DNA of 63,993 bases, the filler included, from Basidiobolus ranarum (taxonomy: Eukaryota), in the NCBI GenBank assembly GCA_040143965.1. It is 5 parts of 5 records of this genome, joined end to end, with 100 filler letters (N's around TTAATTAATTAA, not from the genome) between each part and the next. Parts side by side here need not be neighbours in the genome. Positions count along the whole stretch, not along the records: positions 25,755 to 38,516 come from JASJQH010007398.1; positions 38,617 to 51,367 come from JASJQH010007399.1; 3 more parts are not named here. One strand, 5' to 3'. The notes under the pieces are model-generated. The model was given only the letters and a program-made list of their open reading frames with translations. It had not been told where the DNA came from and did not search any database. Made by a program: the position numbers and the translations under genes. Positions 35,939-48,100 of this stretch are shown piece by piece. Positions within the stretch are counted from its first letter, which is position 1, and every line of letters begins with the position of its first letter.

Positions 35939-38516
35939 ATGTTGTTTGAAACCTCAGTAAGCACTAGTGATGCCTCCCAGAAATCCAAGAACTTTCGTCG
36001 TAGTCTGTTCTTAATTTCACAATTAGCTGTGGCTCATGCTGTGAAGAGTGACTCGAATGAAATTCGCGATGAAACAGAAGACGAGATTCTTCAAACCAAT
36101 GCTATCCAATATAAAGCCAGTCCTTCCCAGAAGTCCCCTGAAAGTGGGAAGAAGAATTCACCAGGTAAGGTTGCGAATGGATTGAATGCTCAGTTGTATA
36201 ATTTGAATCAAGGAGTCTTCTCTGGTGCATCTAAAACTACATATCTATCAGATGGGAATTCAACACACTCAGGGTATCTCAATCAAACAATTTTGAATTC
36301 ATTATACAATGATGGAGGTCTTATTCTAGAGTTGGGTTACGCTGGACCCGGGTTTCCTTCGTATCTGGAACTTGGTGACTATCCATTATCTGGATACTTT
36401 GGTGGCTCCTCTTGGGAAACTCCGGGTAGTCAGGCTGTGCTTTTCCCAGATGGCCAATTAAGATATATAGGTCCAGCTCTGGATGGTAGATACGCGGATT
36501 TTGGAGATTTACAAGAACTTGGCGTAAACACTGATCAGGTAGGTATCGATCTACCAGAGGTAGTAGAGATTGAAGAGATCGAGACTGGGGAAAATTCGGG
36601 CATAACTTCTAGTCAACTGAATGATATGTCTTCGCAATTGGAAAAATCTAAAGAGTTTCAAATATTAGACAGGAAGCTGGATCAGCTCACTTTAGCTTTG
36701 TCTAAAGTATTTCTTGGGTCTGCCGAGGGTGGGGATAAAGGTCACCATTCCAACAATAATGTTCATATTGATGGATTTGTGGAGGGCATGGGCGAATTGA
36801 ATGGGAAAATTACTGAGTTAGTCAAGGCAGTAGGGATGGTATCCGAACAAAACCAAGTAATCGAAGCCCAAACCTCTAAGGTACTAGGAACTTCTACAAG
36901 AACTCTGTTTGAAGTAGATGCTATCAATTCAAAATTGTCTGAGATTAAAAAAGATCTAGCTTCCATTTCTGCGCATGAATCCCACATTGAGCGCCAGCAA
37001 AGTAATAATATTGTTCGCTCCACCAGAGACATCAACGAGATCAACGAGAGGATTACCGACTTACTAAGAGCAGTTGGTGCGTTATCTAATGGCTCCTATG
37101 GGAATCATCCTAGTGCAAAGTTGCCCTATAGACCTAACTCTAGTGAGGAGTTAAGAGAGATCCGTGGATATATGAGCCGAATGCAAGATTCTATCGCTAC
37201 GATTTCCGGTGAAGTTACGTCTTTTTTGTCAGTAATAGAAAAAACATCGCTGCAGAACATCGAAGGAATCAATCAATTACGTAAAGAGTTCAGCCAGTTC
37301 GAAGCCTTCGTTGGTGAAAAAATCGCCAAAACTGATCTCTCAGAAAAGCAAGATCATGCAGAAACGATGCAGCTTCTCAATCAGGAATACGCTCAAATAG
37401 GGAATCTGGGCAAACGAGTGAATAGTTTATTCGCAAGTTTGAACTTTGCCCTTGGGCAGCTTCGGAAGGTCGAAGACAAGGATGAAGATTATTCCAAAGC
37501 GATCAAAACAATCGGGGTACTACTTCAAAGACTAGGCCAAACAAGTAGCACTTTAGATAAACTAGTCAAAAAGGAAATGAGCTTAATCAACAATAATCGC
37601 TGGTCGAATAATCCTAATGAAGGTTCAGTTGACTCAAAACTAGTTCTCGAAAGCTTAAGAGAACTCGGCAATGAAGTTGGAAATTTGACTACGCAACAGC
37701 TGGAGTTATTCAAGAAATACTCCTCCGAATCTCAAAACGAAGGCTATGAAGCAGTTGTAAACCGTATAAATCAACTACAAAAAATAGTAACTCAGCTGGT
37801 TTCTGAGGAGAGCAATTATTTCAAGACCCCTAATTCTGAGAACTATTCAAGAGAGCTCGTTCGCGACGTCGAAAATCTTAGTCAAAACATTATCCATTTG
37901 AACTCGATCGTGAAAGGACTTGTTATCCAACAGCGTAAATTAATAGATTACTCAGGCTCAGATCACCAAGGGGAAGGCTCTTCCGAAACCCATTGGAATG
38001 AATTGAATGCCAACTTTGAGAAACTTTGGAGGGTAATAAACATGCTTACCACACAGAAAAATTGGATCAAGCAGCAAACATACGCAATCTCTAAGATTGA
38101 CTCTCATGTCACCGAGATAGGCTCCAAGATAAATCTGCTTATTAACGAACAAACAAGGTTGCAAGGAATCGATTCAACTCGAGATAAAGGTTCCAGAGGT
38201 AATTTAGATGTTACCTCGAAGTTGGAACAATTACGAAGGACCGTGGAACAACTAACTCGAGACCAACGTATCTTGCTTGGGAAATATAAAGATGGGAAAA
38301 ACCCAGAAGCCTTAGTGAGAGATATCCAGAGTGTGAATTACAAGTTGGCTGATCTCGGCTCGGTAGTCACTCGGTTGCTACAGGAGCAAAGGATATTGAT
38401 CGCCAAGGTCGATTCTGGACAGAAGCAATCTGGCGGTGAGAAATATAATTCGAAAGAGATTCAACTACTCAATGGACAAATAGAGCGTCTTGGGGAAGTA
38501 GTCAGTCTTATTGTAT
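35939..38516 (+). CDS. Paralogous giant coiled-coil repeat protein, 3'-truncated by the contig end
   Basis: Shares SKN[WF]R..LFL.SQLA, Q.VLFPD.QLR[FY][LI]G, EL.KAVG..S.QNQVI, DI.EIN.R.TDLLRAVG.L and DI.S.NY.LAD with the 2264-aa ORF. Open until the N-run. Confidence 0.9.
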
Positions 38517-38616
38517 NNNNNNNNNNNNNNNNNNNNNNNNNNNNNNNNNNNNNNNNNNNNTTAATTAATTAANNNNNNNNNNNNNNNNNNNNNNNNNNNN
38601 NNNNNNNNNNNNNNNN
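38517..38616. other. Artificial contig linker
   Basis: N44-TTAATTAATTAA-N44. Confidence 0.98.
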
Positions 38617-38690
38617 CTTTCTGTTAGTATCCACTCCTGCTATCTCCTCACTCCCATAAGCTCCTATTTGTTAACCGTCAATAAATCACC

Positions 38691-39738
38691 ATGTCCGATC
38701 ACCTTGACGATGATTTGGTCCCTACCACCACCGTTGGCTACAAGCCTGGAGAGAAAAAAACTATCGAACAGCTAACTGCTCTTGATGCGGAGGACGAATC
38801 CCTTCGCAAATGGAAGGAAAACCTAGGTTTAGGCAAAGCAGCCGGTAGTTGTTGTTTCTTAAACTTGCCTTTATTTTATCACTCCGAACGCCAGGAATTC
38901 TAACTATTTTTCGTTCTCAAATATAGTTAGTGCTGAAGAGGATCCAAGAAAGGTTAAAGCGGTTTATTGGAATCGTCAAATATGCCATATCTATTTAACT
39001 ATTCAACTTTGTTCTTAGGTAGTTGTATTACAACTAGCTCTGGAGGTTCAAGGTAGACCCGACGTTGTGCTAGATTTATCTACTCCTGGTAATTTTATTT
39101 CGTTCACTCTTATCTTCACTGTTTATACCAAGTACAACTCAAATATAATGATACAGAGGCCATCGCCAAAGCCAAAGATGACGTTATTACCATAAAAGAA
39201 GGCATTGAATACAAATTGAAAGTGAAATTCCGGTATGTACGCTTGACTTTCTACGAGCATGGATAGCTCACTAATCCAACTTAGAGTTCAACACGAAGTT
39301 ATCTCGGGTCTTAAGTTCCTTCAGGTTGTAAAAAGAAAGGGTATCCCTGGTAAGATGACAAATTCCTTTATATCTTCGTTGTGATCCAACGAAACTAAGA
39401 GAATCTTGTTAGTTGACAAAACCGAAGAAATGATTGGAAGCTACGGACCCTCAGCTGAGGTTTATGAAAAGAAGGTTAGTTAGTGTTAATGTTAGGATTG
39501 ATTGCAACCCTAGCCTAACTAGTTGTCGTTTTATTCCTAGTTCTTGGCCGAGCAAGCACCATGTGGTCTTCTTAGTAGAGGCAATTACCATGCAAAGGTA
39601 CGTTTTCTTTTACGATTGCATCGGAATTCCTTGTTAAAATAGAACTCTTGTTTGCAGAGCAAATTCGTTGATGACGACAAATTTACTCACATGGAATGGT
39701 CATGGTCGTTTGATATCAAGAAAGACTGGAACAACTAA
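38691..39738 (+). CDS. RDI1: Rho GDP-dissociation inhibitor, ~8 exons
   Basis: GYKPGEKKT..LDAEDESLRKWKENLG, TIKEGIEY, VISGLKFLQVVKRKGI, EEMIGSYGP, SKFVDDD...WSFDIKKDW, joined across seven GT-AG introns. Confidence 0.95.
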
Positions 39739-41068
39739 ATAAGAATCATCTAATTCAAATACAATAGCTATTGAACTGACCAGAAAAGGGATGTGACATT
39801 CCTTATATTGAGGAGACTAGTACCTGTCCATCCAAACTATACCCAAATCTATTATTTCTAGCCTGAACATATTTCTGATGATTGTCCACTATTTACCAAA
39901 TAAACTCCCACTTGAGTTTGGAGATTTAATAAACGATCTAGCGTCTCTAAGATACTCTGGTGCATCTATTATTACGCATCATTGCTAGTAAAGTCATTAT
40001 AGGATCGTTGAAGCTCCCCGCGGAACCATGCCATCACGTCTTCACTCCCCCTCTTGCGCACCTTCTAGATGAAACTATCGTCCACCCAGGAATGGGTTTA
40101 GATTTGGGACTAAATCCAGAAATTCCAGTATGAGCAAGTTTGTGTTGTTGTTGGCTCACAGCAGTTAGAAAGTGTATACTTATTGGAGAATGGCTATGGG
40201 GTGGGAAGGTAGAGGGGAATTCTTTGTAACGATTTCCAATAGTGATCGCCTGTTTGACGCCATTCCTCGACTTACTGATTGTGCTACTTTGACAATCCCT
40301 AACCCTACGCACTAGCCGATGGGCTAGCAGTCCCAGTGGCCAATAACTGATGGTAAGACCTAGAATCTCGAGCCCACATCAAGTTTTGCCTTACATATTG
40401 GTTGTAGGAGGACAGTGAACATGATTGGCTTTCTCGAGATAGTAATTATACTCTAAATACGATGGACTAATGAATAAATGCCCATTTCTCTGCGAAACTT
40501 CCCAAATGTTTGGTAAGAAGTGTTCTTTTCTGTATGCATGATTAGCTCCTGTGGCTCTTATTGGGTACAGTCCTGACCTCAATACTGTTTTGTCACCATA
40601 GAGGCCAACTGATGACTATACCGCATTTGATTCGCATATTTGTCACAAAGCTTGGTAGTTTATGCTGGTTGACTAATTTAGTAGTGGTAACAGAGCAGAA
40701 ATACTCTGGTTTTGGGGGAAGGGTTAAGGTTAAGGGTGGAGGTGGCTTCGATTCAATAGATTTTATATGGCAATTAAGGAAACCATATCACGATTAATTC
40801 TAAATATGAATGCCGAAATCTATCTATATTATGTTGATGGTAAAATCATCTAAGAAGGTTAGAAGCTACCTTTGTAGACGACTGACTGAAAATACTCACA
40901 TACTTGTTGAATTTCTCTTTCTGTTGTCCCTTGCTCAAGTTTAATAATAAGTATCTATCTCCTCTTTGTATACTCCATCTTTAGGAAGGTTGCTGAAAAT
41001 TCAAGGTTTGTACTCATATTATAGTATGTAAAGAACTCTGTTATCTAATCCCTGTTTAGTTCTTTAAT

Positions 41069-42686
41069 ATGGAGCAAAGTGTTCCATCTACACCTACCGG
41101 TTTCGCCGAGATAGTCCAAGAGTTACATGAAAGAGTGGTTCAATTTCAACCCAAAGACCTGTACCAATTCTGTGCCGAATACTTTCAGGAAAAGATTCGA
41201 CAACAACGGGAAGACTTATTAAACCTTGGTAAGCTCAAAAAGAAGAGAAAATAATCTCTTGAACCCTCCAAAGTTCAAAAATTTTATATTTTTCATCAGA
41301 TTGCCCGTTTTATAACTTACCTTTATGTACCTACTATTTGGTAACGTTCATTTCTTGACTTACACATATCATATAATATAGCTCAGGCCAAGGCGGGAAG
41401 TTACTACTTAAGAACTATCCAGAGACAAGAGATAAATCCTTCCAGTACAAAACAAGTATACTCAAACGGAGTATCAATCGATATTAGTGCTCACGGACAA
41501 AATGGATTCACTTACGAGGATAGTGAAGATGAAGATGACGTATATCTCTCTAGTCACGAGGAAATATTAGAGGAAGCTACAGAGACTCATGATAATATTC
41601 CGGATGCTCCCCCACAGGAATTAGAGGAGGCGATGGCCGACGATGAACTGGAAGAAGTAGAAATAAAGGCGATGGAGTCTGACGAAGAGGACAATGACTC
41701 TGACATTATTATTTACGACGATCCACCCATGCCGGCGGCCTATAGCCGTGGCCGCCGTACTAGTGTCAGTGCCGAATCTATGACCCCTACAAGTGATGGA
41801 ACCTATGAGAAGGTTTACATTTCGAAAACAATAGAGCAACGTCAACGTATCGAAGTATCACTAGCCAACAACTTTTTGTACAAGAACCTGGATGAAGAAC
41901 AACGCCGTGATGTGATCGATGCCATGGCAGAAAAGAGGGTAAGTAATCATGATTCTATCATAAAGCAAGGAGAAGTGGGGGATTATTTCTATGTAGTGGA
42001 AACTGGTAGTTTCGACGTATTTGTTGCCAAGAATAATGAAGACCCAATAAAAGTGACTGAATATGGACCTAGTGGTAGTTTCGGTGAGTTGGCTTTGATG
42101 TACAATGCACCTCGTGCCGCAACTGTCACCGCTACCTCCGATGCGGTTTTGTGGGCATTGGATCGAGTTACTTTCCGTCGTATTCTAATGGAGCGTACCA
42201 ACACCAAGAGAAGAATGTATGAAGCTTTCCTTGAAGACGTACCATTATTAGTCTCGCTAGAACATTACGAGCGTCACAAGATAGCCGATGCCCTGGAATC
42301 CATGGTCTTCAGTGATGACGATGTTGTTATTCGTCAAGGTGACGTTGGAGATAGTTTCTATATTATCGAATCCGGTGAAGCCAGGGTCACGGTGATTGAC
42401 GAGGATGGAGTTGAGCATGAGCTTCCTGGATTAAAGAAAGGATACTATTTTGGAGGTATATATCTTCCTTTCTATATTTGAGAAGCCTTGTACTAATTTC
42501 ACCACCGCACCTTTAGAGTTGGCACTATTGAATGATAGACCTCGTGCAGCCACTATCTCAGCTAGAGGGCGTTTGAAGGTTGCCACTCTGAGTAAAAAAG
42601 CATTTGTTAGACTCCTTGGACCAGTAGTTGACATCATCAGGCGGAATGCCGTAAACTACAAAGTGACATCTCGTCATTTTGAATAG
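41069..42686 (+). CDS. pkaR: cAMP-dependent protein kinase regulatory subunit, 3 exons
   Basis: D/D domain (QPKDLYQFCAEYF), RRTSVSAES inhibitor site, two cNMP-binding domains (FGELALMYNAPRAAT; FGELALLNDRPRAAT). Introns ~41229-41381 and 42456-42516. Confidence 0.96.
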
Positions 42687-43699
42687 ATTTGTGAGCTACA
42701 TATCTACAGGCGATATGATGATGTGATTTAGTACTTTACTATGATACATTTCGCCAAGTCACCTATTTATGTTTGTTTCTTTTGATGAGATAGAAGAAAA
42801 GAGTTACCAAGTTTATTATTTTCACTTAGATGTAACAACCTCAATGTATTGATTGGTTACTTACCTAAGAGTTGGTCGAACTTCCTACACACATGTTAGT
42901 AAATTGGCATACCAATATTTAACCAGTAGGTGCTTGATGCTCTGTTTTGTTCCTTTTTCTTACCTTTTACCACTTTTTTCATATTAACTGGGAAGATGAT
43001 AACCTCCTTCAGAGCATGCATTATTCTGCATACCTATTAAATTTAACTAATACAAACTATGTGAGTTTTATTTGTGCAAAAATGCTAAGATGGAGCTTGA
43101 TCCACGGAATACAATATCAACGAATATGTTGGCCCTTTCTTAACGGTTCGATCACCATATAAGCTAGTGACTGACAAGTGCTAATCCACTTAGAACACCA
43201 GACCTAACAAAACACAAAATCTTGAAATCGTTGGAATTTGAGCCAATGAACTCTAATCTAGAGTAAAAGGACAATGATAGAGTATCGTTAATGTAGCGTT
43301 TATGTAACTCCGAAATTCATACTATCCATTTTCTGTGAACTGTATTAAAAAGGGTCAGGGTCATTAATCTAGCGATATTGACTGCTTTTGAGATAAGAAC
43401 GCCTTTTTTGAAATAGTAGCTACGAGTAGGACCTATCTTGAAAGTCCCCACACCAGTGTTTGAATGTCACAAAGTTGTTTCTGGAGGAGAACTTGTTCTT
43501 ATTGAATACATGCACGGTGCATATATACGTGTAACATTTGAGTAAATGCATGCATTCAAGTATGTCTCAACTTGTATGTTTCTAATAATTATAGCTCAGA
43601 TGTAACAATAAAGCTAGCTGCAGGTTATACGATCTAAGTTGACTTCAACAAACAGGTATATCCTTTTGAAACATTATTTGTATGCTTTTGTCCACTCAT

Positions 43700-44850
43700 A
43701 AGTTATCAAAGCATGCCTTTGATCCTACCATCTTCACGTCCCTACAATTGAGATCAAACCATGAGCCAAATCAACTACACCGCGATCTTACCTTGATATA
43801 AATAAGTGGATATTTTTTTTTTAATTTCCATCCAATTATTTATCCACTATTTTTTAAGGATTCCAAAGTTAACGAGCATATACCTCGTTGCCATTTTTTG
43901 TTCATAGACGTAATTGAAATGGAGGTAGAGCCCACGATTCAAAAGAAACCCTCAACTTTTCAAAGGTTCACTTTATCTTCATCTCAATGGCAATATCTAA
44001 AAGTTCAAGTGTAAGGAAACCATCTTATTATTAAGTTTCCATTCTACCATGCCATTGTGTGGTTTCTTTAGTAATAACTAACTTTTGGATGTCTAGTATT
44101 TTCGAGGAGACTAAAGGGGCTAATGAACATACAATAGACGAACTTCTCCTTAGGTCTTTAATTGTTCAAAGTTTGAACACTCTTCACGGTTTAGTAGGTT
44201 CTGCTATGCAAGTAGATGTGTTATCTTTCAAAGATTTAGTGGGGATTTTAAGAGTAGCGAACGAGTAAGTTATTTTCTATTTTGAAAATCTTTAATCCAT
44301 TGAAATATCCTTCCAATAACGCGTATATACAACATTTCATCGTGAATAGCGATTTACCTGCCCTTTGGAGTGCTTTAACTCTTTACCAAGGTACTCATAA
44401 TGGGGTTGACATCCAGATTCGAGTTCTATCTGTTTCCGCTTATTTACTAGGTTTGGCCAGCGACAGTCGTTCTTGGGATATTTAAAGATATTTTAAGAGT
44501 ACCTTACATGGAATTCAGTTTCGTTCGGCTCAACTCGTATGAGCTTTTAACTTGAATATACGTGGATAACTTGGTATAATTCATTTCTATCTCGTTTTGA
44601 AACTTGTTTTCCCCCTTGTAAATAATCTACTTGATAGACACGAACTTCTTTTTCCTAGATAATGACAACCAATAAATCTTTCTTATAAAGATCAAGTCGT
44701 TGACTTTTCTTTATCTTCGTTGTTGGATAATTACATACTCTTGTACTCTTGGAAAGTAGGGGTTGAGTTTACTCGAGTGATATTCAATGATATCTCTCAG
44801 GTGGAGTTTTTTTCATCATGTTCATACTTTATTGTAGTTTCTACTAGTAA
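43700..44850 (-). pseudogene. Possible decayed Crinkler-like / PD-(D/E)XK nuclease-fold gene
   Basis: Stop-flanked remnant DGFLTLELLDIAIEMK (43977-44024) resembling a D-x(n)-E-x-K motif; upstream SLAKPSK. Ends are guesses. Confidence 0.25.
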
Positions 44851-45195
44851 AAAAGCCGTAACATTAGGGATCAGGATTCACTTGTAATGGTATACCCTTT
44901 TCAAGCTAGAATACATAATAATATACAGATAGAAAAAAATCACTATGACCTCCCCTCAGATAAGAGAAAAAGGTTAGTTGTAGTAGGGCTTGAAAGATAA
45001 TAAATAAATCTACACTTGGTATAGAAAGCTACTGTGGAGTTGAGAGAATGTTCATATTGAAGAAATGAACAAAATTGAAAGTGGTGGGTTGGGTGAATGG
45101 AAGCCAGATGAGGTCTAAATTATGAGCGAAAATGATAAGCGTGATCCCAGATTGCCTTCCCAATGGATGAGATATTGGAGGCCATGCATACTGGT

Positions 45196-48100
45196 TCAAA
45201 TCCGATTCCGCTGTCGATTTGGTGACCAAGAGCAGTACTCTTTAAGAGTGGGTCCAATCTTTTCTTTGGTCACAATCTTGCTTAAAACGACATCAAAGAG
45301 ACCAGCTTGAGGAACGTTTCGCTCATACGCAGTGACAGCAATAATCGGTGTATCCTGATTAAGATTCTTCGTTGACTTGATCATTCGAGCTGCTGTAAAG
45401 CCATCAACTTACGTACAAAATGAACTGGTTAATTAATCACGTTTACATGTGCACTATTACAAGAATCAACTTACTGATTGGCATTTTGATATCCATAAAT
45501 ATTATATCAAACTTGGCTTTGCCCATACAGCATCTGATGGCTTCAGCACCGTTATAACAAACCACTGAATTACAGTGGAGCTTCTCTAAAATTCTCTCTA
45601 ACAGTTTGGCACTTATCGCGTTGTCATCAACAATTAGGCAGTTGAGGCTGGTACGATTGTCATTATTAACGCTTCTTGATAATGAGCTGCATGCACTCTT
45701 GGTACTAGGTGAACCAAGTCGACTAGGCGATGCCAAGGAGGCGGTTCTAGGTCGGGATAAGGCAAGTTGCCGCTTTGTTGACTCTCCAGGAGTTTCCGGT
45801 AGAAAGCTTGGCTTACCACACCAGGACATTCGAGAATTAGGAAGTGAGGAAGACATTGTGGCATTGAAGGTTTTCATTAACGAAGAGTTTAGGGCGGAAG
45901 GGACCGAGATGTTTCTGGAGCGTGTTGCAGGAATAGTGAGATTTTGGTCATCAGAGTCTGATCGAAGGTGGATCATACTATGTCTCTTGGCTGAGCCGGC
46001 AATTGAAGGGTCAGATTTCAATCTTCTGATAACATCATCATTGGCTTTTGCCAATACCTCGAGATTCTTATACGAGAAATTACCAAAGTCAACAGCATCT
46101 GCCTCGGACATGCTGGAATCTGCTGGTGGTGTTTGTAACTCCGAGTCATTTGCTGGATCACGATGGGTTGAGCTTTGATCGGTTGCTGGGTCGGCCTCTG
46201 AAAGTTCGGGATGTTCATCAGCGTCAAAATGGGCCATCAGGGCTCCTCTTCCATCAAAATAATCAGTGTCTTCTATACTCTCGGGCTGTGGAATAAATAC
46301 CGGTCGCTCGGTTAATAAAATATCCCAATCAATGCCCGCAAAAAATGGGTGGCTTTTGACTTCCTCTACTCCATTTGCTCCTAATCTTTTTTCGACGTCG
46401 GTAGACATTAATTGCTCCATGAGGTTGCGAGCTTCAGGGGAAACTTGAACTTGCCCTTCATACCAATCGATGTTTCGTGAGAGAATATTTTCAAATACTT
46501 CTTCTGGCGAGTCGGCATTAAATGGAGGAATTCCATAAAGAAATTCATACAAAATTACACCAAGTGCCCACTTTAACAAATTATTAGTTATGAATAGCAC
46601 GTATTGGAAATATTTGAACTTACCCAGTCTACCATGGCATCTTGCCCAGTTCCCAAAATACTTTCAGGTGCAAGATAATCAGGTGTTCCGATACATGTCT
46701 TTGGGGCTTCTTCGTCCTTCAAGTTTTGAATTGCTTCATCAGTCAGCAGTAAGTTCCCAAGAGGAGTTCCTGGAATGCTGATATTCGATATACTATCCGA
46801 TGCGTTGCTAGTGATCGAATTTCTTCTACTTTCTAAGAAACTTTGAACATGAAACTGATGCTGTGACTGTGAAACAGTATTTGAAGAATCTGAACCGGAC
46901 GGATAATCAAGATACGGAGAAGGGGGACCATAAGAGTCACGTTTGTCTCCAGAGACGTTAACCTTCAAAGAGGTAGACTGATTACGCGCTCGTCTATTAA
47001 GAAAACCAATTCTAGATAGACCAAAGTCAGTAAGCTTGAGATGACCATTTTGATCGATGAGTAGATTGTCGGGCTTCAGGTCTCTATAATGTTTGCGAAA
47101 GTCAATGATGGCCTATTTAATCAATATCTGTATATAAGAAACTTTACCGATGAACAATTCCTTTTCCATGAAGGTATTCTAGACCTAGAACAACTTCTGC
47201 CAGATAGTTTCGAGCCCATTCTTCCGGTAGCTCACCCATACCCTTAATTAGAGCAGCACAATCTCCACCATTTAGGTATTCCATTACCAGGTATAAATAA
47301 TCTTTACTTTGGAATGTAAAGTAAAGCTTGACGACAAATGGCGAGTCTGTTTGCATAATCAAAGCCTTTCGTTCAGCTTTGACATTCATTACCTGATTTT
47401 TGGCAATCATATCCGACTTCTTTAAAACCTTAATGGCAAAATATTCTCCAGTGGTTCGCTTCTTAGCTAGATACACAGAGCCAAATGCGCCCTTGCTGAT
47501 GGGCTTGATGATTTCGAAATCCTTGATACTAATCTGGACTGGGCGTGGCCCAGGAGTAGTGGGACCTAGAGTCGGAGAATAAGCTGTATTGCTTGACAAA
47601 TTATCTTGCCAGAGCTTAGAGGATTTTGGAGATCCAAGGGGAGATTGGACGTTGTCTATTTCTTTCAGAGTTAATCTAGGTCGCCTCGATCTCGCCTTAC
47701 TATGTTTAGACGGATCTAGTTCTTCCGTTGGTATATTGGTTTTTTTCATTTCCACAGGCTTTAGCACTGATTGATCAAGATTAAACTCTTCAATATTTTG
47801 TTCATCAATGAGGCCTCCATCCCATTCCAGTTTCATCTTGGCTTCCCATTGCGCCTCTGCTTTTTCTCCTTTTCTTATGACAGAGAGCATCTCCTGCGTT
47901 ACCTCAAGCTTTTCCTTAATGGACATTTGAACGTTTAATAATAACTGCTGGATTCCAGGATCTACGGTAGAGGGGGACCAGGCAGATATCTCTTTCCATT
48001 CTACCATATCCTTTGAGGGTTGTTGGCTCTGGGTATCCACCGCTTTGATTGCTATAGTAAGGTCAAGGATATGTTTGGTAGATCTGAGAATCTCTAAAGT

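Noticed and set aside
43085-43165. tRNA suggested by GGTTCGATC
   Set aside because: No T-stem or acceptor-stem pairing and no A-box or cloverleaf.
45606-46178. 190-aa antisense ORF in RIM15, and other ORFs nested in the large genes
   Set aside because: Shadow frames of real coding sequence with no independent features.
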